Positions 24,651-37,100 of a stretch of DNA of 64,000 nucleotides are shown here, in pieces. The stretch spans positions 186,001 through 250,000 of the forward strand of contig JAVECO010000006.1 of NCBI GenBank assembly GCA_051942205.1. Direction: 5' to 3'. The stretch comes from Coniocarpon cinnabarinum (Eukaryota). The notes under the pieces were generated by a model. The model ran no database searches and was not told where the DNA came from. It worked only from the letters and a program-made list of their open reading frames with translations. The translations under genes and the position numbers were made by a program. Positions within the stretch are counted from its first letter, which is position 1. Each line of letters opens with the position of its first letter.

Positions 24651-26184
24651 CCTGACTCCTGAGTAGTCTGATTGAGGTATTCTTGGCTGAAATAGATCCG
24701 TTGACTTTCCTTAAAACTAATAAGCGACAGTTGAAATACGTGTGGATCAAATAAATTGGAACAGATATTTGTTACTTGAAACGAGTGACTGATGAATATG
24801 ATAGGATATTTGCCCAAACACAAGTGATTGAATTCTGTACGTGGGCGCCAGGGCCATTAAGTATACAACGATGACAGTCCACACGCACTTCACCGACGAG
24901 CATGCGTAGTGACAGGTCTGTCACCGCCCCCAAAACTAGTGGACTGAATATGCTCGGAGTTTTGTGAGACAATCCCACAATCCGGCAACATGTGCCCATT
25001 GATACAACCAACTCTGAGGCTTTTGCAACCCACCAACGCCAACAGCACCGGTGTGTTGAGTTTAGCGAGGCAGAAAAGGGCAGCTTCGGAGTCACGGGGA
25101 ACTTGATGATAGATGAATGCGGCATAGAGGAGCCTGGCGTCCATATCGACGATACTGTGCGCGGTCAGGTTGCAATAAGCTGAAACACGACAATGGGTAA
25201 GGTCGTCGCTTTTTTGCGTGGCTCGGTTCGGGGCGCTCCCCTTGAGGCCGCAGGCCAGGACGGCAGGACGGATCACGAGCGGGGGACCAAACTGAAGACA
25301 TTCACGCCCATGCCGCTTTGAGTAAACAGTCTTCGACGTTGATCTCCTGCACATCCGACTGCAGTGTCAATGAAGTATTAGTTCGGGTTGGGGGGAAATG
25401 AGGGATGTGTCATTAAGGGATGCTCGCACGTTCGGATATAGCCGTAATCTCCGAAGGAGAACTCCTGACATTTGAGAATCTGAGTACGACAGCTCTTTTG
25501 ACAGACAAGCATTTCTTTGCCGTCGTCTTCGTCATGATTTCTCGAGACGGTTTGTTATGTTTGTGCGCGCTTACATCCCACAACGAGGACGCTCTAGGGT
25601 AACGATGGAAGCTAACAGCCCGATTCAGAAACGCGGCGAGCAGGACGTAGCACATAAAAAGAGGCTTCAGATGGGCTTGGCATAGACTTTGCGTGTTCCA
25701 GATTGTGATCCCTAACTGAGCCGTATCTTGCAGCACAATGAAAATTGATGTGAACACTTCTCCAGCGGAGATGTTGCAGAGGGGCATTGATGGCTGTGAG
25801 GCAGTGCTATGTCGCAGTAATGGTAGCAAAGGACGTCCAAAGACAGACTTTATACGAAGTAAAACTCAAGACAAGCATTGGTACTCAATAGAAAGCGTTC
25901 TCTCATTTCTCACATTTCAGAAGGAAGCTTCTAGACCTCGTGAGTTGCATGAGCAGGCCCCCAACCTACGAAGAACCCAAGGGCAGGTCCGGGGCCCACC
26001 GGAGACACAGCGATGAGAGGTTCCCTAAGATCATTTCCGCACAAGAATGTTCTAAGGGAGCCTCTCATCGCTGTATCCCTGGTGGGCCCCGGACCTGCCC
26101 CTGGGCTCCTCGTAGGCTGAGAGCCGACCAATGCATCTCCATAGTTATCTAGTACATCTGACCGGAAGAGCCAATCTGCATATT

Positions 26185-26609
26185 TCAGTACGGAAAATCT
26201 TGATACCCAGTGTCTTTGAACTTGCGCCACTGGACTTCGAACCATTTGTCTCCTCGGCCTTCCCGATTCCACCAGAGACCGTGAACCTTCACAAGGTGCC
26301 GCCTCAAAGCGCACGTCGGCTGGGGCTTGAAATTGCATCTGCGGCCTGGAACTTCGATTGGACATGCGACGATTCTCCCTGAAGGGCAGCCATCGGACTT
26401 GTGCGGCCTGGAGCTGATTATGAGAACAACTTCATCTGTAGTGCACTCACGATGACCTACTTCCTTTTGCGTATTCCAGCTGAGGAGCTGGGCGTGGCTG
26501 ACCCTGGTGGTGAATTACGCGGCAGCGTGCTTGGCATAGAAGAGGGCGTCGTAGCTGAACTGCTGGAATGCGATGCCGATGTGACGTTTGTAGGCCCAGG
26601 AAATTGCAT
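26185..26609 (-). CDS. Small orphan protein with a basic NLS-like patch and one putative C2H2 zinc finger
   Basis: A Ser/Pro-rich exon ending IRKRK, an intron at 26408-26460 (weak branch site), then CPIEVPGRRCNFKPQPTCALRRHLVKVH (C-x8-C-x12-H-x4-H). Confidence 0.4.
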
Positions 26610-26770
26610 GGGTGATGTTGTTGACAACAGTAGCAGCCGCAACGAAACATCTGAGTCATGTATGCATAGTTTTTCGGCCCTGACGCCACATTTCCCGCAA
26701 GGTCGATAGGGAAAAGGCTGGGGTGCGGGTTCTATTTCGTTCCTAAATTGATTGATTCCCCAATCTGACG

Positions 26771-26878
26771 GCTGAGAGGATGAGTGTAGAGGAGACTCAA
26801 CTAGTAAGGGTGCTGGTGCGGAATGCTGAGAGGATGAGTGTAGAGGAGACTCAACTAGTAAGGGTGCTGGTGCGGAAT
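26771..26878. repeat. Perfect 54-bp tandem duplication
   Basis: gctgagaggatgagtgtagaggagactcaactagtaagggtgctggtgcggaat occurs at 26771-26824 and again at 26825-26878. Confidence 0.95.
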
Positions 26879-26934
26879 AGCGCCCTACTGAGAAGGTCTC
26901 AGAGCTTGGTTCATGTGTACGAATGTTAGGATGG

Positions 26935-26970
26935 CAAGCGGGCCCTAATGTTGGCTTGAGGGCCCGCTTG
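26935..26970. repeat. GC-rich inverted repeat (12-bp stem, 12-nt loop)
   Basis: CAAGCGGGCCCT-aatgttggcttg-AGGGCCCGCTTG. Confidence 0.85.
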
Positions 26971-27636
26971 ATGAGGGACTCAATTTAAGAAGACGGGACT
27001 CTGCCGTTCACTTCAGTATTGTTAAGAACGGGTGGGTTTTCTGAGAAATGGAAAGAGTGAGTTCGGCTTGTGGCCTCGACGATAGCTTTACCGGGTGTTG
27101 AGCTGTCTTCTAGTGGGGCAATGGTCTCACCGAACTATTGAACAGATTCGAATAATTGAACCAATGAAGACAAATCTTGCTACAGTTGCATATCTAGCTG
27201 CATCGCACCAACGCACGGTCAGGCGTTCAAGAAATTCAACGAATAAGAATTCAGTACACAGGTAGCACCGCAGGCAACGCCTCGCAATCTTTTCATGTCG
27301 CCGTGCATGACTTGTAGCAGTCCTAGCTGTTCAAAGATTTGGACCAATCCTTTTGCGGTACTTACGAGAGCTCTGGGATGCTTGCAGGGTCGACATAGGC
27401 TTCTCGCCATATAACGCAGGAAATCGGGAGGTTCAAGTTTTTGAGCCAATGTCTCCAGAGGTTTGCACTGAGAACTAGCATTGCTCATGCCGTGCGCACA
27501 GGACCCAGCACTTGAAACCATGACACATGGTGAGCAACGCAGAATACTTAAGCATGGCTCTTCGCCATGTAGAAGACCGTGACACATCTCCTTCACCTCG
27601 TAAAATACTTCGTTGATCAATCTCAACAGTCAGACA

Positions 27637-28260
27637 ATGTCTTCTCGAGTTCTTCACACAGGGCAGGACCTCCTCAGCTATACAGGCAACTTGGAAGTCG
27701 CCATTGACTGTTCCCTGCCATCCGGTCAAACGCTGGTACTAAATCCCGCCTCTGCCTCCGATCGCGAGAGCGAGCAATTCATGGAGCTCCTGAGAATCGG
27801 CCGCCTAGACCAATGGATGACTCCTCACATCTGCTCATGTGGCGATATTGGTGCCGACAACAAAGAACCCGACGCCCCCGCAGAAACGATCCGACTCAGT
27901 CTTGGTCGAGCATTTCACAATCCAGACGCCATTCTAATGAGCTACGTTCTCGTCTTTCAAGGCGCAAGCGGCGGCCGACGCCAGAAGATTTCGATCTCCC
28001 GTAACGTCCAGGAAGCTGCAAATGCGATTATCGACGAAGCCAAAAATGGCTACTCAACGGTCTTGTGCGCCGGTATAACGGCGACCGCAGCGAGCTTTGT
28101 GAAGGAATCGGCAGTTCGCGGTCAGACCCAGCTGCTAGAGCAAGTCAAGTTCTTCCGAGCGCGCGTTACGCCGGGACAGCACCGCAGCTACAGAGGCACA
28201 AAAAGAAACACCAACCTCAATACCGAAGTCGGAGAACTATTGATCGAGTTCATAAACTGA
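27637..28260 (+). CDS. Hypothetical protein (~207 aa)
   Basis: Uninterrupted ORF with an ATG in good context (acaATG) and globular-like composition; no motif recognised. Confidence 0.5.
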   Translation: MSSRVLHTGQDLLSYTGNLEVAIDCSLPSGQTLVLNPASASDRESEQFMELLRIGRLDQWMTPHICSCGDIGADNKEPDAPAETIRLSLGRAFHNPDAILMSYVLVFQGASGGRRQKISISRNVQEAANAIIDEAKNGYSTVLCAGITATAASFVKESAVRGQTQLLEQVKFFRARVTPGQHRSYRGTKRNTNLNTEVGELLIEFIN

Positions 28261-30150
28261 TAGCGAGAGCAGGACAGTCCTGAAATTGCTGAAATTGGAC
28301 CCTGTTTACGAGCTTATGTATTGCTAGTGACCAGATCAATCTCATTCATGTTGCTAGACGGAAGTTGCATTTCGTTTCTCGTACGTAAGCAATCTGCTGC
28401 TCTGTGTAAGATACCTGATGCCCTTAGTCTCGAGCAAAGACTCTTGGAAGGTCCGTTCACGCCCAAGACAGTGGCAGACACGGAAAGGATACCTATCCGA
28501 AAACACGAGCTCGCGAGGGTGGGGTATCATATAATGCCTATGTAGGTAATATTTCGCTTTGGCGCTCACATTCGTGATGGAGGCACGGGAAGGATAGCAG
28601 AGCGCGTTCAAGTATGCTTCTCCGAGAGACACTACAACGCCCCTGGCTCTTGACCATTGCTATTTATCCCTCACGCTTCCTCTGAAAACAATTGATTACC
28701 TCTTTTCACAATGATTGCCTTCCCAACCTTTCCAATCGTGCCAGTCTAATCCTGTTTGCTTATTGCAATGAGCGAACCCCTTCATATCGTGCTGTTCATC
28801 GGCTCCCTACCTAGACGGCTCATATCTTACAAAATGCGTCCTCCGTGAAGAGCACAAAAGCAGAGCGTGACCAATAAGAGCTACATACATACCCAGAACA
28901 TGTCGCAAACAGTCAATTTAAGAGAAGACATCGCTCAGGAGACATTTGGCTTATGATGTATATCAGGCATAGCACTTAGAATCTGTGCAGGCATGCTGCC
29001 GCTGACAGCGCATAGGGTACGGCTTGGAAATATCGCTAAATGTTTACGAGACGTGTTGATACCAACGCTGCGAACCTCACATTTGCAACCATTCTCAAGC
29101 TAATCGTGTAGCAACACTGCCTTTCGAGCACACCCTAGGCGCGACTTCAGCTTGCTCGCTGTGACGTTGGAAGGAGTTTGAATAAAATAGTTCACTGGAT
29201 CTTCAAGAGACATTGAGAGCGCAACGGGCTCAGGCACCAACCTCCAGCAAGTGAGATACCGCTAACGTATGTGATTTCGCGGGCTATGCCTGAGAGAAGT
29301 GCATGATCTTGGACTGCCACTCGCAATTGGGAATCCATTGTTGCATCCAGAAAGGGCTGAAGTTTTCTGGAGGCTTGAGAATATAACTAGTGCACCGCCA
29401 CAACATGTCACCAGCCACACGACCGCAACACCGAACCGGATCGCCACTGTAGGCCGAAAAGCTTCCGTTTACCAGAGTACTTCGCGCAACCTCTTCTGCA
29501 CCCATCTCCAATAGCAGCATGAGTCGCTAGAAGGCTCTCTATCCGTACACCCCTTGGACGATATCTATGACGCTTTCGGGACGCGTCGCTGTCATGCTTT
29601 CCGTTCGCCGACCGAGGTCCTATGCGCTATCTCCCGTTTTACATGTCGTAGCTTCACTCAATACGAACAGCCTCAGCTGCATTACCTTGTTTTAGCCTCT
29701 TTGTCCTGGATGTGGTCCTGCACTGAGTGGGTCGCTATTTGTTGAGTCTGTGCCTTGATTCGTCGGCGTATTCGTAAGATTCGACAGTACCGACAGACGA
29801 CATGCTCCTTGGGGCCGATGATGTAGATTGGCGTCGGGTGAATTCCGCCTAGGAGGCTCGCTTCAGGGAATGGACATTCGTCTGCGTGAAACCAAAGATG
29901 TCATTGATCAAAGCACTTACTTGCGTTGAATGGGCTACGTGTGCATCGATAGGCAATGTCATCGGGATTGTGGCTTGGATAGCCGACCTGCGAAGCACGA
30001 ACGTGGAAAGAACATGCCGGCAAAGGAGCAATTGCCCAGACGAGGAGCTCTACAAATACTGGATGACCCGTCGACCACTGCTGCTGTTCTCTGTTTTTCA
30101 GTCAACCCATTCTCTTCCTCCTTAAGATTGACTCGGAAAGAAGCAGCAAA

Positions 30151-31697
30151 ATGAGGGCATCTTTCTTATCTCTGGCCCTTGCAGGCTCGCTTGCAGTCTC
30201 TGCTCAAGCAACAGACTGCAATGCTTTGGGCAACTATGCCGGCACCGACGCTGTCAAATTCGCCGGCATGCTGCCTCCGTGCTCGGTACAGACATCTCAT
30301 CATAGTGACTTGAGTATGCACCACTTCTAACACGCTGCGTGATTCAGGTTCACTGTGACTACGTCACGCTCGCCAACGATGGTTGCGACATCAATGACTT
30401 TCAGGTATACATGATTGAGACTTCTACGAGATGCATGATTGCTAACGTGCTGCTAGTGCCACTGCGCCAACACTGAGCTCATTGCTGAACGCATCGTGCC
30501 ATGTCTGAACAACTCGACTTGCACAGGAGCGGACATTGGTGGTATGTTTTTCCTCGTTTTCTCTTGCTCACGAGAAGAACAACTCTACGACCCCACAGAC
30601 CTGCAGAGCTCGTGGCAGGGGCGGAAAGCAATATTTGTGCTTTCTGTGCTTCGTGGATACTAGGGCACAAGTCATTGAAGTGTATTCGACTTATGCTGAC
30701 TTGGACCAAGCCTTTGCCGAAGTCGTTGATGCGACATGTGCCTACTACAACGCAACAACCAACGGCACTTGCCCCGCGGAAACTCCCAAGCCCACCACCT
30801 TGACAGGCGGAGCAGCGGTTGCAGCCACTAGCCGCACTGCATCTCCCACTGTGATCCCAAACAACTACTCGCCGAGTGCCACACGACAGCTCTTGATGTC
30901 GTTCAGGACCGGCTCCGTCCAGGTTCAGCCTGGCGAGAAGCTAGGTATCAATGGTGGGTGCTTCTAGTGGTTGCAATTATCGTACGGGACAGCGTACTAA
31001 TTGGTCACTTCGCAGTCGTGAAAGAGGGCTTTCACCAACAGGTCGGACTCCGTGATGTGCCAGAAAACAACCAGATCTCCGAGCCACCCACGGCAGGCAG
31101 CGTCTACCAGGGCGGTGTCGAGGTCTACGGTCCTCAATTATACCTGGTAGCGATGGTCGACCCCGATGCGCAGACGCCTGGCAACCCAACCAAGGCAGAA
31201 TATCTGCATTGGCTGCAGCCAAACATGCGTATGGTCAATGCGTCTACGCTGCCCGCATATGCAGTTGGGCCGTTCCCGGTATGCACATCATTCCCATACC
31301 ACAGATTGCCGCGATACTGATTTCTTCCAAGTTCCTGCTGTTCGCCAACGAGACTTCTACTCCGGCAATCTTGGACTACTCATCTCCAATGCCGCCCACG
31401 TACTCACGACCCCACCGCTACATCGTCTACGCCTACCAGCAACCTCTTGATTTTGAGGTTCCTGCGGAATACGCCGGTTTCGGTCCTAACCAGCGTTCCA
31501 ACTTCAACATTGCCGACTTTGCCCAGAAAGCTGGCCTTGGAACTCCTTTCGCTTCGACTTATTTCTACGCTGCGAACAATACGCTTGGTGCGCCGGTCAA
31601 TACTACGGGTGGCATTGTCACGAAGACACGAGGGTATGCACCTTATGAATCAGCTACGCCGTATGCACCTGGTTGCGGGAGCTATGGCTCGAAGTGA
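30151..31697 (+). CDS. Secreted CFEM-domain + PEBP (phosphatidylethanolamine-binding protein) domain fusion, multi-exon
   Basis: Signal peptide MRASFLSLALAGSLAVSAQA. The spliced CFEM pattern is LPPCS|VHC..GCDINDFQ|CHC..PCLNNSTC..C. PEBP motifs follow: MVDPDA, YLHWLQ, YSSPMPP..PHRY, RSNFNI..F. Confidence 0.82.
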
Positions 31698-34105
31698 GTG
31701 TTGAGCCGCCACGGCTTGTATGTTGTCATGATACCAGTGTGTCATTGAGCTTCGCGAAGCTGAAACCGGCTTGGCCAAGCTGATCCTCATTGCACATGAA
31801 AATGGTCCCATTGTACACAATGTCTGCAAGAAGATGGTGTCATTATCGAGCTGAGTATATTTTGGGACAAGCATCTTGCATTTTTTACCAACTGTACATA
31901 TTTGCGTATGAACCAAAATTTGTCGATGAGTAAAAGTGTGCAAACTATGTTGTGCAAGCTCTGTTGTGTTCGTGAAGTTGTTGTGCCGCGTACTGTGTAA
32001 CGCCAGCAGAGCCGACTATCACGTCAGGATTTGGTTTTATATGCAGTACACATGAAAATGACACGTACGGGACTACTCAGCGCTTGATCCTTGTGATGCA
32101 GCTCAGTGGTCTCACTGCTCCGTACAATTCACAACGTCTCAAACATCGAATCAGAAGACGCACGGCTATCCTTTCAGCACCTTTCAACGCGTTCTCGATT
32201 CGTTCTCCCACCTCAATCATGGCTAAACAGACATCTTCGCTCCAACTTTTTGCCCTCTCGGTTGTTGTCGGAGACTTCTTTTGTGTCGCTAATGGTGGCG
32301 GTGAAGGAGGCGACGTGAAGTAGGCCGCGAGCAGCTTTTTGGAGGTCGGTTGACGAAGGCAAAGGGGTTTCGATGACGATTAGCAACTATAAAATTTGTA
32401 GCACGTCAGGTACTACGAAGGTCACGAGGAGAAACACGGTTTCTTAATACGAAGACCAAGCACGAGGAGTCGCTGCAAGGCCTAAGTACCTGGGCTCATA
32501 CGAGAACTAAATGCTTGGAGTTCCTACTATCAGCTCATGGATATATGGATAAGAGCTTGCTTGCTGATAGCTGCTAACACAGCGTACTGCAAGACAGTTG
32601 AAGACCGCTGCGACGGGGACTTCTTCGATCCATGTATGATATGCTCCAAAGCTGCGGCTGAAGCAATGCGCGGCGTTTCTTAGAGCTCTGACAAGCTGTA
32701 GACCGCCTTGAACATTCAGACGACTGGACTGCGCAGCCAGCAACGACCACGTCCGCGCACAATCGTAAGCGAGTCCTGCAGCCACAAGCACACACTTCTA
32801 AGGCTAGAACCATCCCAGCCGAAAGATCTCAGCCTTGCCCCGCGCGCGAGCCAAACAAAAGGGCACATGCACGTGTCTTTCAGAAGCCCATCGCGAAGGC
32901 CGGGCCAGATCAAGCCTTGTCTGAAATAACGGCGGAAACGTGGCGTAGGGTCAAAGACTCTGCCTACCTTGACCCTCTGGAGATTTGGGGCGCGTAAGGC
33001 TTGTGCGTTGGGATCGATTAGGCAACGTGAGTGATATACGAGGATTAGCGCACGTTTAGCGATTGACGAGATGGGAAGCCTTGCAGCCAACGCTTTGCCC
33101 CCTACGGCTGCTGCGGCGTCCTCACGAGGTCGGATCCACTGAGCGCTGTACATGCTGTCTGGAAAGCTCCGACTGATGTTGCCCGCATCTGAAAAGGCGT
33201 TCCAAGATTCCGTGTCGTCTTGCCATCACAACAACCTGCACTTCAGTGGGCAGATGCAATCACTTCAATTGGAAATTTTGCCATGGTCAAGACTCCTCTC
33301 GAGTTCATTCTTGGTGAATTGTCACGGCACGCAACTTGAAGTTCAGCTGTGACCGTGGGAATCTGAATTGGACCAGGTCGCCACGGGCGGCAAGGATGGA
33401 ATGGACGGAATTGAGCAAGCCGCCTCATAGGGCTATCTCGACCAGCTAGCTCAGCCCAATGAGGCATCTGGACCCGTCGGACCCTCCCGCAACGCTTATT
33501 TTGACCTCTCCCTTCTCCCCTTGAAACGGTCGACCGTTTGGCCTTTCCGCACCGTATCTGGCCCAGATCCACGCCTTCTCCTCTCTTTCGGCTGAACTGA
33601 ACCAGCTCCATCAGGCTGAGCGCCGTTGTCTTTTCCTGTTGTTTGCATGTGTCTACCAATGTCTCGTCTCCAGCGACGTTCCCCGCCCAACGGACCTCCC
33701 CCTTTGCTGCTCGGAGACCCTGACCTTGGCGATGAGCCCTGCGCCATGCCTTTGTCCCTCAGACTCACTTGCTCTAGGCCTCTGTTCATTATTCAGGCTG
33801 CATGTTCGACGCTGGCGTGGCACGTGGTATGCATGCTGTCTAGACCCTGGTTGATACTGATCCTGGCTCTTGAGTGAGGGGTGCCCGGTGTATATGTGGT
33901 TGCTTAGCTAGCTCTATCCGGGCCAGACTCGCCTTCAAATGTACGAGGATTGACTCCTCTCAGATCATGGCAAGATAGAAAAGTCGTCAACCCACCCATA
34001 ATTCCTGGCTTCTTCCTCTGCTCTTCCTGTTAAGTGCCTCTCTCTTTCACACAAGGACCCAGTACGGGCCGCTATTGCTGTGGCATCTTCGGATGCTTTG
34101 ATATC

Positions 34106-37100
34106 ATGATGAATTATCTGCGTGGCACGCACACCCCCCACGAGGCCACTCCTCACAAGAACGAGGTTTCTGAACCTAGTGTGAAAGAGGTCAATCCCAG
34201 CCCAGGTACGATCAAACGTTTCGCTCCCATTATCTTTCGAAGCTTGGAGTCTTCCTGATCCTCAAAATACACCACAACTTCCATTCACCTGATGCTACCC
34301 TCACATCGGGGCTAACGTATTGCTAATCTGACACGTGAAAACAGAAGCCGAGAAAGAGAACCCGATCACCTACCCTCGTCAACGCGTCTCCCCCTATTCT
34401 ACGCCGAAATCTGATGCGTCGACCATCACCACCGAACGTGCGGTCCGTACTCTCGGTCCTGTTAACCGTCGAAGCTTGGGCAGCCGCACACTCTCAGGCC
34501 GCTACGTGACCAGCTACCTCAAGGAGCAGCATGTAGTGGTCCGAGATCGAAGTCGGGCGAGACTAGGCGCTGGTCTCTCGAGCTACGTCTTTGACACGTC
34601 CTACAGTGGTCTCCTTGAATGGATCAAAGCTGAGCGTCTCACTCGGCTTCCACACAAAGGTTCGGCTTGGGACCGTGTTCTTTCAGGCGCTCACTTCTTT
34701 GCTGAGCAGGTCAACTCTCTTCACGAAAAGACACAGGCTTTCAACGCAGACACCAACATCGCCGCCAACTTCGTCTTTGGCCAATGTCAGCTTTTGCTGG
34801 AGCTTGGTCACGAGAATGCAAGCGCCCTGCGCAAAGTTTTCAGATTGTTTTACATGTTCGGCATAGAGCTGCACACCATTCTCAAACGAGCCGAGCTCTT
34901 TGCCTTGGACATCTCTATCCAAGAAGGCATTGGCAATGCCTTCGCTGATCTGCTGACTATAGTCAGCAGTGTTGCCGTGCAGTTCCATCTTGCCGTGCAT
35001 GGCGCTCAAGCCAGCGTCGCTCTCGACATTTATGCGACATTCGGTACTCAAATCGAGAATTTCCGCCGCCAGGTTGCCGAGGTTGCGGAGAACATGTGGA
35101 CAGCAGCTCTTGAAAAGTATGGCCTGGGCGACAGCTTCAGTGTGGACCACCTTCGCGCATGGCTTGCACCTTCAGACAGCGTCCTGAAATTTCTTTCATC
35201 CACTCATGTGAACTTAGCCAATCAGCCAGCTGACTATACTTGCGTTTGGTTCCAATCACACCTCTTGAACTTTTTGCGCAGCAACAACAAGGTTCTACTT
35301 GTTGAAGGGGAGGCTGGTTCTGGCAAGTCTACGCTAGCCCAGTGGGTGAGTGATCGTTTGCAGCGACCAATTGGGCGCAAGAATGTGGCCACACTCAGCT
35401 TCGCTTTCAACCAAACCATACCTGGCCAATCTACAGCCCTTGCGATGGTTAGGACCTTACTCTACCAGCTACTCGAGCAACGCATTGGTGATATCGCGCT
35501 CTATGAAGCTATTGAGCATGCGTATAATGAGTTAGAGTCATCTCATGATGCGCGGAAGCATGAGGAGATTCTTTGGACCAGTCTCAGCAAAGCTTTGCAC
35601 GCAATGAATGAGGAAGGCAACGCGGAGACACTGGCAATCCTCGTTGATGGCCTTGACGAATGTCAGGGTCAGAAGATGGCTGCTCCTGCCATCAGCAAGC
35701 GCCTTCAGGAGCTAGCTCAGAAATACGCCAGCGTCAAGCTCATTCAGTTCTCAAGGCCGCTGGAGATGCAGATGTCTTCAAACGCCACGCTCTTGACGCT
35801 TACTGAAGAGCACACGAATGAGGACTCGCGAACGTTGCTGAAGCAGTCTCTTCATCATCACCAGGCTTTTCGGGAGCGAACCGACGTTGATCAAGACAAG
35901 ATCATCGAGCGTTTGATGGCTGCGGCCGATGGCTCCTTACTTTGGGCAGGCCTCGCGTCTCAGTATCTACGACTTCAAGCCACTTCTGCAGGTCTTTTGC
36001 AAGCAATTGAGGCTCTGGAATCCGCCAAGAGCAAGGTCTCAGAAGTCGTGCAAAAGATTCTGACAGTAATACAGCTGAACTCGAGGTCAAAGGGCCTCAT
36101 CTCTTGGCTCTGTGCGGCAGAGCGACCTCTTACCTTTGCAGAACTCAGACTCCTCGCCAATGCCAACACCGACAAGCGAATGTTTGTTGAAAGCTCCGTT
36201 GATGTCCAAGGTTTGTTGCGCTCTGTACGGCCATTCGTCGTCGTTGGCGAGGGTTTGGTGGCAATGCGTCATCTAGCCATCAAGCATGCGCTCATCAATG
36301 TCCCCAGCACGTCCAAGAACTCATTGCAACTCACTAACCGTCACTGGGCTCTGCTCGAGCGACTTATGATCTACACAAAGTCTTGCACAAATGACGAACA
36401 TGATGTCACATTCAGTTCTTGGGAAAGGGGCGTGGTGAGCAAGAGGTTTCACTCTCATCAGCTCCTCGAGTACGCAGTGCGCTATTGGGCAGAACATCTT
36501 CAGAAGATCCCTTCGTACAAAAAGAGCGAGCTTAGCTCATTCGCAATCTTCAAGGACATTTTCCCCTCGTCGACCACATTCGCCATTCTGGAGAGGTCGT
36601 GCTGGAGCTCTCACGCATTCTTTGGCGATATTTGTGAGCTGTATTCAGTCGGACTCAAAATTCGTCAAACTCTCTTCGGCCGAACGCATGCAAGTGTCTT
36701 GCAAGCCATGATCTCGTACGCGAGCATCAGCGAGGCTCTCTCAATGACCGCCGAGGCCATTAAGTATTCCGCTCAAGTTTGTCAGCTGAGTCGAGATTTG
36801 TACGGTGTCCAGGCCAACCTGGTGGTGCACTGCAGCAACTGGATGCTGCAGCTCTCTGAGACTTCTGTGACCAAAACACGGACAGAAATAATGACTTACC
36901 GTGAGCAGACATATCGACTCCTGATTGAGTGCTACAAGCATAGCTATGGCGAGCATTCAGTACAGGTGCTCGAGATCTACAGAAAGCTGGCTGAGCTCTA
37001 CATGCTCATCAGTGAAGAGCACAAAGCTACTGAGATTTACAAGATCATTCACGTCATAACCATCTCAATCTACGGAGGCGAATCCGAGGAAGCAAAGTCA

